This document shows, piece after piece, positions 54,601-64,000 of a stretch of DNA of 64,000 nt. Source of the stretch: Antedon mediterranea (Eukaryota; Animalia; Echinodermata). The DNA lies in NCBI RefSeq assembly GCF_964355755.1, contig NC_092670.1, forward strand, positions 25,096,795-25,160,794, read 5' to 3'. Each line of letters starts with the position of its first letter. Position 1 is the stretch's first letter. The position numbers and the translations under genes were made by a program. The notes beneath the pieces are model-generated. The model saw only the letters and a list, made by a program, of their open reading frames with translations. It made no database searches and was not told the DNA's origin.

Positions 54601-56167
54601 TAAGCATGAATTACCTTCTTTCAAACATTTTAAACAGTAACATTGGCTGCTGACATGACTAGGAGGTTTACGTGTTGGGGGAACTGAAATGATAAATACT
54701 GTGTCTTGCTATGAATGGACCTCTTTGCATGGATTATACCCGCCGCGTTCAGTAGTGCTTGTTCATGTGAGTGCCCAGTTAACTGATAACCATCATAGTC
54801 TGTTTTTCAGATACAATGACCGGTTGATTTGTAATTGTATAAAGCAGGCAAGTGAATTAGTAATTGTCTTGTTATTGTTATTCACAGTACATTTTTTGGT
54901 TAGTACTGTTGGACTGTTTGTCCCCAACATGATCACATCGACATGTTCGGCGAATTTTTATGTCATTGAAATGTATGCATGTTGACAGTATTTTCCAAAT
55001 ATACTATCATTCGTGATGGACTGTTAATGTTAAACTATCTTTTGCATTGTCAAGAACACAACTACTGTAGTGTCAACTACCAAAATGTTGTGTAAAAGTA
55101 TAACAAGTTTATTTTTCTTCTGATGCTCAACAACTGATGAACTGTGGCATGTGTGTTCAGGTCAGTTAAAATTTACATAACAATTGCATTTGTTTTTCCC
55201 TGAATGCAAATGGATGTTGACAAAGAAAAATGTGGTCTTTTACCACAGAATATAAGGAAGTGCATCGTTGTAGACTTTGGAATTATTAATTGCAAAAAAC
55301 AATACTTGCCTAGCAACTTGAATAAAGGAAGTGATAAATAAAAACTGAATTATGAACAATCTGGGATCATGTGTGTAGGTATACACTGTATAAAAGAGGT
55401 AGCACTCTGATGCAGAAATGTTGAACAAAGTGTATTCATTTACGCCAGTATGACCAAGAGTGCCACACGTGATGGTTTTTATACATCTAAGTTTAAACGT
55501 AATAATGAATCTATTTGACCAAAGTTCACCTTGTGGTATACCAAAATAATTTGTGGTTTTTGTTGCATAAAAGGCCAATTTACATAGCGGAAAACAAAAA
55601 TATAGAATGTATGTTATTTCTTATGACCATTTACACAAAACGCAGAACAGACGGGCTGTTAAGTGGAAACCTGCTCATGATAGATACAGGCTCTACATGG
55701 GACAAGCTACGCGGTTACTGTTACCACTCGTCTTTGTAAATTAGCCTTTAAATTGTTGGAAATGACTAGGCAAAATAAATGGAAATACGGTACAAGTAAT
55801 TGCTTGTTTTGTACTTTATTGAGTGCAGTGTGTGTCTATATAACATTCTACCATTTAGAAGAGGTTCTTTGGTTTAAAATGGCTCATCAGTCATTATTTG
55901 CTAAAAATAGTACTGTACATTTTTCAATTATTAACAAAAATAAAGATTAAAATTCAAATATTGCTTTAGAGTAACAAATGGAAGAATTAAAAGCTATAAA
56001 AATAATATATATTAATATCTTTATGCTGATACCAGTGCAAGGTGGCTAGACTCTTGCAGCTTCTAAAATGTTACATATGCTGGATGTTTCCTTGAGCTAA
56101 AGAATGCTTTAAACCAAAGAGTCTTTCCTGAATCCAACCACTGATTCTAATACTTGCACCTTTTTGT

Positions 56168-59100
56168 CTACTCATCTTTCACTACCATCTTCAACATCTT
56201 CAGAGCCATATCTGGGGCATCAGATGGAACCTTTTGAAATAAAAGGGATTTAATTGATCTTTAACTTTTCTTCATATATTGCAGATAAATAATAGTAATG
56301 CCCAATTTAATATTATTAAGTGCAAAATGCAGGGCGCCTGCAAGCGCTGAACAGAAAATGTAAAGCACAACATTGAATCATTTCCACTGTCAAGGGTGAA
56401 GAGAGTAGGGAGCCTTGGATTTGAGATGACTGATGACCTATTAGGTCAATCGATGTGTCATCAGTCATCATCTAGAACTAGAAACCATCTAAATTGTACC
56501 AAGGTCCCAATATCTTCACATGTGCACAATCAATGACGTAATTTCTACCTAGTTCGAGCCATGTGGTTATAGCGCTTTAGAGAACATTTAATTTGCTTTA
56601 GTGCTATACATTATTGATGAATTAACATTATTTGTTCCAAATCGAAAGCTCCCTAATAGCTGCTAAACCATACTCCAGCATCCCATGAAAGCCCATTGTT
56701 GTTTTTTGTAAAGTTCTGCAAATCAAGCATAACCTTAAGCTCTGTCTACACTATCAAACTAGTTTGAAAAAGTGTGATGTTCCCAAATATGGGGTGTTCT
56801 ATGCCCAAATATGGTATTATGACTTCATCATATCCATATATGGGCACCTCACATAAAGTTTGATGTAGACAGGGCTTTAGTCTTGGCAACTCTACAATAT
56901 TCTTAAAAGGTACACACACATTACAGATACCCACCATATGTCCTGCATTCATGATCCAGTAAAAACTGAAATTCTTGAATGTTTTGACAAAAGCCTTTGT
57001 TTGAGTGCCAGTTGTGTACAACGGTGTCCACTTCAATGCATCAAAGCTAGACAGGCCAGGCCACGTAAGTTTTTCCACCCATAATTCAGTACCTAGGAAT
57101 AGAGTAGTTTATTAGTAGGCCCTAGTATTATCAGAGACAATTGTTGTACAGGTATTATACCACTTTCACATCGCCTAACAATATTATACTTGTGGCATGA
57201 CTTTAATAAATTGATTTCATCATTTTATTACTCAGTTTCACAAGAAAGCAAAATCTATATTTACATTTTTATGTATCTATTGTTACCTGGAGTGTCGCAT
57301 ATAAGGTCCAGTTGTCCATTGTACACCACAACTTTAACGGTAGAGTTAGTCAGAAGGTCATCAACTATATAATGTTAATAATATTTGTTAAATAGTGCCA
57401 TTAAATATAAGAAATTTTTCAATAACTATTTTATTTTAGGGGTGTGCCCTTTCTAAATCTGCCTGATGCCCCAGTACACAATTTGTAAAATTGTATGTAT
57501 CTTAGCCTAGGTCAAGGGTTATATAATAAGGTGGGGTAATTCCCATGTGTATTCTGAATGTAGAGGGATGAGCTGTTAGGAGCTCATTGTACTAAGCCTC
57601 CGCATTAGGTGGTAGGTTGGCCAGTTCCTTTCCATGCTGCCTTATCCTCCACTGGTACTCGTTTTACAGATCAGTGGACTGGGAGTTGTTGGGAAATGAA
57701 CCCGAGTCTCTCTGTACGACAATCGAGTGTCCTAGCCACTCGGCTACCCAAATCCATACATAATAAAGAAACCTATAAAATATGAAATCAAGAACCTATA
57801 CTGTACCTATGTCAATGACTGGTTTCATGAAGTCTCCTGCTTGCTTTGCAAACACTGCATTTGCCTGAGCTGTAAACAGTAAACATTTGCATTGAAAGAC
57901 CAATGGTAAGTAATTAACATATGTATACCTTAATTTGAATTTCTTAGTGATTATTTAAATATTAATAGACCTACTATAAAAGTTGCCTTGCATTTTTACC
58001 ATATACTCAACACAGAATATCAATAAATTGTATAACATACCACCCCATGTGACATTGTCAGGAATGCCTAGCTTCTTTTTGATTGGTCCATTCATAAGTT
58101 CCGTTAGTGGGTCACTTTCAAACCGTGACACGTGTCTCAAATACAAATGTTCTGTAATTGGAAAGGAATATTTTAGAAATGTTTTTATTTATTATCAGTG
58201 ACTTTGTGTTTTAACAAACTACAAATAGGTAAACTCAAAATGATGAACACTTTAAATGCCGCGTTTGTTGCACTTACTCAATTCTGGTGGTAAATGAGAA
58301 GCCTTCTTCATTGAAAATAGATTATTAGTGTTGTCATGTAAAAGAATGTTGTAGAAATCTACATTATCTGTGTTCTATAAAAATAATCATTCATAATTCA
58401 TAAATTGTATATTTGATAAAAGTCATCTTCATAGTAAAACTGAATTGTGATCAATTTGTACATAGTCATTTCCAACAATGATTTTAAAAAGGGGTTTGGC
58501 TGAACCATAAAAATCCTAAAAAATATACCTCAGCAATGACTGTTTCTGTTGCACCCCACAGCTGGGTTGCCTTCTCATAGTCGCCATCATTGTAAGCATT
58601 TTCTGTGGCATTGGCAGATTTTTTAACCAAGGCTAGTCCTCTCTTGTCCAGAAGTGACTAAAATAGAGAAGAAACAAAGTAAGTTAAATTGACAATAATT
58701 AAAACTTATATTTTTATGCATATGTTATTTAGTTTGTTTGTTTCCCAACTACATGCCTCCCCTTTTATTATATTGAGAAATAAATTCATTTGTTTAATGA
58801 AATTGAGTCTGAAAATATGTTATTTATCAATACTTACAGTTTGATACAAGTAAGGTCCCCATGTGTTTACATAATCTGTTTAAAAAAAAAATGAAGAAAA
58901 ACACTTTAATAAATTAAAATAAACATAAAAATATCAAATTAATATAATAAAGAATAATGTATTAAATCAAATTAGAAATTGTTCCAAATATTATTTAATA
59001 ATTTTTAATAAAAAAAAAAGAAATATAATTAAATAAACCTTTGCAAATTATTTTTCTCAATGATGGAATAAAACTATTTATCCAAACACAAATAGTTACA

Positions 59101-60672
59101 TTGCAATAGGAGCTGTTGACAACTACATAATACAGTAAGTACTTTAATTTAACACACTATTGTTCCCTAAGGGTATTGCTAAACACCGCAAACCCCACAA
59201 ACCTCCAAAAAAACATAGCAAACCCCATCGAACCAACATAAAAGTGATTGAATCATGTAGTGTACAACCCACTGGGTATATAAATTATTAAATTTCTACT
59301 GTTAACTACTTATTTTTGGGGATAAAACATAATTTTTTGGTTAAAAATTAGCAATCATTTTTGACCAAAAAATGATGTTTTACCCCAAAAATAAGTAGTT
59401 AACAGTAGAAATTTAATTTTTTTTTTTCATGGATATACCCAGTGGGTTGTACACTACATGATTCAATCACTTTTATGTTGGTTCGATGGGGTTTGCTATA
59501 TTTTTTTTTAGGTTTGCAGGGTTTAGCAATCATTTTTGACCAAAAAATGATGTTTTACCCCAAAAATAATTAGTTAACAGTAAAAATGCATTATTTTTTT
59601 TACAGGGATATACCCAGTGGGTTGTACACTACATGATTCAATCACTTTTATGTTGGTTCGATGGGGTTTGCTATGTTTTTTTGGAGGTTTGCGGGGGTTT
59701 GCGGTGTTTAGCAATACCCTTCCCTTATTCCAGGTGGTCTAATTTACATGTTACTCAACAGTTGGTGCATACAAACAACAGCTCTGGGTTTCTTTTGTTC
59801 TCCTCAGTAGAAGGCAAGCAGTCATGTAGGAAAGACCATGTTATTTTATCAGTAGTTTTACAGCTTTATTCTAGGCATACATGCTGTACAAACTCTGTGA
59901 CTTATAGTTTCTGTACTGTAGGCACTATTAACTTTAATATACGTTATATAGATTTGATTTATTGTATATACTCAGCAGAAGAAAGCAGTAATGAAGAAAG
60001 GACCGTTTATATTACTGAACAAATGCAGTGTATTACCTTTATTCTACAGTAGGCATACATGTTGTACAATGTTCTATCAGTGATTATTATTTAACTATGG
60101 AATATTCACTTTGCTTAAATATTTGGAATTATAATACCAATTTGCCTATGTACCTGTATTTATGTTACGGGATTTGCCATTAAAAGAATGTAAGTATTGT
60201 ACTTTTAATTTGTAAATGATAAAATGATGGTTGGTGAGAGCTTTAGGTGAGGAGATAATATTACACACCTACCATAGTTAGGTTGGTTTTTAGTCAATGA
60301 AAAGAATAAAAAATGTCTAATTTTGGAGGTCATCCCTTGGCAGAGGTATGTTTAGTGATAGTTACCTATTGGTGATATCCATGAGTCTCCTAAAGCTAAG
60401 CCTCTGAAGTCAACAGAAAGTCTTCCTTCTTTCATTTCCTACCAAAAAAAAAACAGTTGCTGTATATCAAACATTCATTTTCTTGACTTTCCTTCTCTGT
60501 ACCAACTGGCTACACCCCTGTAAAGATGGATTGGAATTATCTAAGCCTATATAATTATAAGACATTCTTGAAATCCACTCTTAGTTTGTCTAATACCTTT
60601 AAAATGGCCTGGCTGAACGCAGCTGTCATTTTGCCTCCGTAAGATTCACAGAAAATATACAATGGAATAGTC
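56168..60672 (-). CDS. SCPEP1: Retinoid-inducible serine carboxypeptidase (S10 family), 3' exons; 5' exons apparently beyond the window end
   Basis: Exons encode IPLYIFCESYGGKM (catalytic Ser), GLALGDSWISPI, WGPYLY, LMNGPIKKKLGIPDNVTWG, GDFMKPVI, VYNGQLDLICDTPG, FYWIMNAGHM|VPSDAPDMALKMLKMVVKDE*. Confidence 0.93.
56738..56876. mobile_element. MITE family A copy
   Basis: TTA|AGCTCTGTCTACACTATCAAACT ... AGTTTGATGTAGACAGGGCT|TTA with internal CCCAAATATGG repeats. Confidence 0.85.
57560..57749 (-). mobile_element. tRNA-derived SINE remnant
   Basis: Minus strand GGGTAGCCGAGTGGCTAGG (A box) ... GGGTTCATTTCCC (B box-like), then GTAAAACGAGTACCAG...GGAAAGGAACTGGCC body. Confidence 0.6.
59170..59720. 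mobile_element. Foldback element with tandemly duplicated right arm
   Basis: AGGGTATTGCTAAACACCGC ... GCGGTGTTTAGCAATACCCT. The left arm (59170-59345) is the reverse complement of both 59350-59530 and 59525-59720. Confidence 0.85.
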
Positions 60673-60739
60673 TGAAAGAATGAAACAGGTTAATAAAGAT
60701 TTCTTCAATACAGTGTTGAATGATTCTGCCATCCAAGAC

Positions 60740-62450
60740 CAAAGGTGATGCCATTTTGAATGTTTAAAGGGGTCTTCCGTCAAGATGATGCCATATTGGA
60801 TGTTTAAAGGGGTCTTCCATCAAAGATTATGCCATTTTGGATGTTTAAAGGGGTCTTCCATCAATGATGGTGCCATATTGGATGTTTAAAAGGGCCTTCC
60901 ATCAAAGATTATGCCATATTGGATGTTTAAAGGGGCCTTCCATCAAAGATGATGCCATATTGAATGTTTTAAAGGGCCTTCCATCAAAGATGATGCCATA
61001 TTGGATGTTTTAAAGGGCCTTCCATCAAAGATTATGCCATATTGGATGTTTAAAGGGGTCTTCCACCAAAGATTATGCCATTTTGGATGTTTAAAGGGGT
61101 CTTCAATCAAAGATGATGCCATATTGGATGTTTAAAGGGGCCTTCCATCAAAGATGATGCCATATTGGATGTTTTAAAGGGCCTTCCATCAAAGATGATG
61201 CCATATTGGATGTTTAAAGGGGCCTTTCAACAAAGATGATGCCATATTGGATGTTTAAAAGGGCCTTTTATCAAAGATGATGCCATTTTGGATGTTTTGA
61301 AGGGGCCTTTTATCAAAGATATGCCATATTGGATGTTTTAATGGGCCTTCCATCAATGATGATGCCATATTTGGTGTTTAAAGGGGCCTTCACTCCAAGA
61401 TGATGTTATATTTAGTGTTTAAAGGGGCCTTCCATCAACGATGGTGCCATATTCGATGTTTTAAAGGGGCCTGTTGAACCCACAAATGTGAAAACGCCCA
61501 AAAATATGAAAACAACCACAAATGTGAAAACGCATCACTCACAAATGTGAAAACGCATCACCCACAAATTTAATAAACAGAACCCACAAATTTAAAAACG
61601 ACCATCGCCCACAAATGTGATAACGCCCACAAATGTAAAAAAAAAGAATTTAGTGCTAGACTCGAACAATTTTGATCGAGTTAATGCATTATATCATGAT
61701 TGTATTGAGTTCACGATAATTGTGTGTTCACGATACGTCTGTTAGGGTCGTCATTAACGATTATTACCATTTGCTGCTCGTACGTGCGATATTTGCATGT
61801 TAACTCGTTGGTTTAATAGTTCAAGACGATATTTGTTATTTGCTAACATGCAAATATTGCGTGCACGAGCAGCAAATGGTAATAATTCAACGCGTTAATG
61901 ACGAACCTAACAGACGTATCGTGAATACACAATTATTGAAACAACTCAATACAATGTATAAAATAAATACATTAACATTAACTCGATAAAAATTGTTTGG
62001 GCCTGGTACTAAATTTGATTTGTATTTTTTTTTACATTTGTGGGCGAAAAGGTCTCTCCCTTTTTCACATTTGTGGGCGCTGTTTTCACATTTGTGGGTG
62101 ATGCGTTTTTACATTTGTGGTTGTTTTCACATTTGTGGGCTTTTTCACATTTGTGGGTTCAACAGGGCCTTTTTTTTATCAAAGATGATGCCATATTGGA
62201 TGTTTAAAGGGGTCTTCCGTCAAAGATGATACCATATTGGATGTTTTAAAGGGCCTTCCATCAAAGATCATGCCATATTGGATGTTTAAAGGGGCCTTCC
62301 ATCAATGATGATGCCAGATTGGTTGTTGAAGGGGCCTTCGGTCAAAGATGGTGTGATATTAGATGTTTAAAAGGGCTTTCCATCAAAGATGATGTGATAT
62401 TTGTTGTTTAAAGGGGCCTTCCGTCAATGATGATGCCATGTTTTAAAGGG
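60740..62450. repeat. ~41-bp intronic minisatellite (GATGATGCCATATTGGATGTTTAAAGGGGCCTTCCATCAAA), interrupted by a transposon
   Basis: Array visible at 60740-61471 and resuming in register at 62165-62450. Confidence 0.95.
61472..62164. mobile_element. Non-autonomous palindromic element with TGT..ACA ends and 5-bp TSD GGGCC (Ginger-like termini)
   Basis: GGGCC|TGTTGAACCCACAAATGTGAAAA ... TTTTCACATTTGTGGGTTCAACA|GGGCC. Subterminal CCCACAAATGTG repeats; internal inverted arms ~61675-61800 / ~61845-61990. Confidence 0.85.
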
Positions 62451-64000
62451 TTATGATATATAACAGTTAATATTGAAAACCTATAATGGCCTGTTAACTG
62501 AAGTACTTTTCAGTTTATGTACTGTAATGATAATTTAAATAGCTTTTCAGCAGGGAGCTAAGTTAATTGGTCGGATGTTTTTCAGTACTCTAATGTAATT
62601 GTACTGGATACTTTGACCAATTAACTTTATAATACTGTAATCCATATTGTCTTTTTTGTCTTTCTCTCTGTCAATTGTCAATGGGATACACTGGTGTGTA
62701 AATGACCTTCACCATTTGAGACAATCTATAATGACACAAAGGTGCCAATTCAAAAAAACTATTTGATATATTGATCTATTATTATAACTTTCACCATGCT
62801 GTAGGGTTTAGCATTAACTAAATTCAGATTGTCACTAGTTTAGTGAAAATGTCAGGAATGGTCAAACAGCACATTTAATAGTATGTTAGTGCTGGAGTCT
62901 GTGTGTGTGTCTCTCTCCCAGAAATGTTACCTACAACTTGAGAACACAGTGCATAAGGTGTTATTACAGTAAATGTCAGTACGTTGAGTACAGCTACCTC
63001 CAATTTTATTTCTGAATAATGGCAATAATAAAATTTGACAAAGGTAAGCATATTTTTGTAAAACGGTTTGCAAATTTAGATTTAACAACGATTATTCTTC
63101 TTGGGCATGGAGAAATTAGTTGAATAATTTAAAAGTTGAGTATTTAAAGCCATCTACAGTATTTTAGCATCTTATCTTAACATTCGTTGTTACAGTATTT
63201 TCAAGAAGTAAATTACTTATACTTCACAAAATATGATTTGCTATAATTTTATTGTAAAAGTATACTGTAAGGCCTAACAGAGTATATATACAGTAGGACT
63301 AGCTAGACTGACACGTTAACCTCAAGTTGATAGTGTGTTTCATTTGCACATGCCAAAATCCTGCACCAAGAGAACCATATATTTTTCCCGGCCTAACTAA
63401 GAAAAACTTGCTCTTTTATGATTATTTATGTTTAGGCTTGAACACCAGGTGCATATTGGTGCTCTTAAGTATTGGAATACTGTATTTATTATATTTGTAT
63501 GTATGTTACAGTAGACAAATGTGAGTATATTTTTAATTTCTTTTTGATTTTAAGAAATGTTAGGTTGAGAACTATAAAGAATGAATAGAATGGACTACAC
63601 TGTATGATTGTCCCACCCCTACATTCAGTTATTTGCTCCAATACTTTACATAACAATGTTGGTATACAGAATACAGTATTACATCTTAACAATACTATGC
63701 ATAGCTTACTGTGCACCTAGATTGTTTATTGTCTCTCGCTGGACTCACAATTTGGAATAATCTGCTTAACAACCACATACTCAACATTACCCAATACAGA
63801 AGTTATCTACAATCCGTTTAAAAACAAAAGACCCTTTATTTGATGTAAAGGATCAATGACTATGATGGCATTCATGCTATTTACAAGTTTTAATGTTTTC
63901 CAATTGTAATGTTTTACAGGATTGCTATAAAACATTTTCTACCAATAATGCGACACGATAATACTACGGTGAAATCTGCAGTTTCTCATCTGTTACATTT

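Noticed and set aside
60740-62450. CRISPR-like or coding interpretation of the ~41-bp array
   Set aside because: Head-to-tail satellite without spacers; unit length is not a multiple of three.

Overview
This is AT-rich, intron-containing eukaryotic DNA from an invertebrate animal. A non-vertebrate deuterostome such as an echinoderm is my inference from gene content and TAGGCCTA enrichment. Genes in order: 3' end of WBP11 (+); FOXJ1 (-); a 20-exon, ~1676-aa type I membrane protein (-) that the ORF track only shows in fragments; EXOC7 (+, head-to-head with that gene); a single-coding-exon heparan sulfate 3-O-sulfotransferase-like gene (+); ZNF207/BuGZ (+, with a U12 first intron); and the 3' part of SCPEP1 (-). 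The membrane protein reads signal peptide - Gla-like - TSP1 - Gla-like - 7xTSP1 - 2xLamG - Ig - TM - long Tyr-motif tail, and is the most striking item. Its Glu-poor Gla-like domains keep the cysteine/aromatic scaffold, and domain 2 keeps the intron position of vertebrate Gla domains. Non-coding DNA holds three large minisatellite arrays (18, 40, ~41 bp), LINE and SINE remnants, many MITEs, a four-element nested transposon stack, and a TIR element carrying a tRNA-Pro-like segment. All exon and domain calls were made by eye; no database searches were run.
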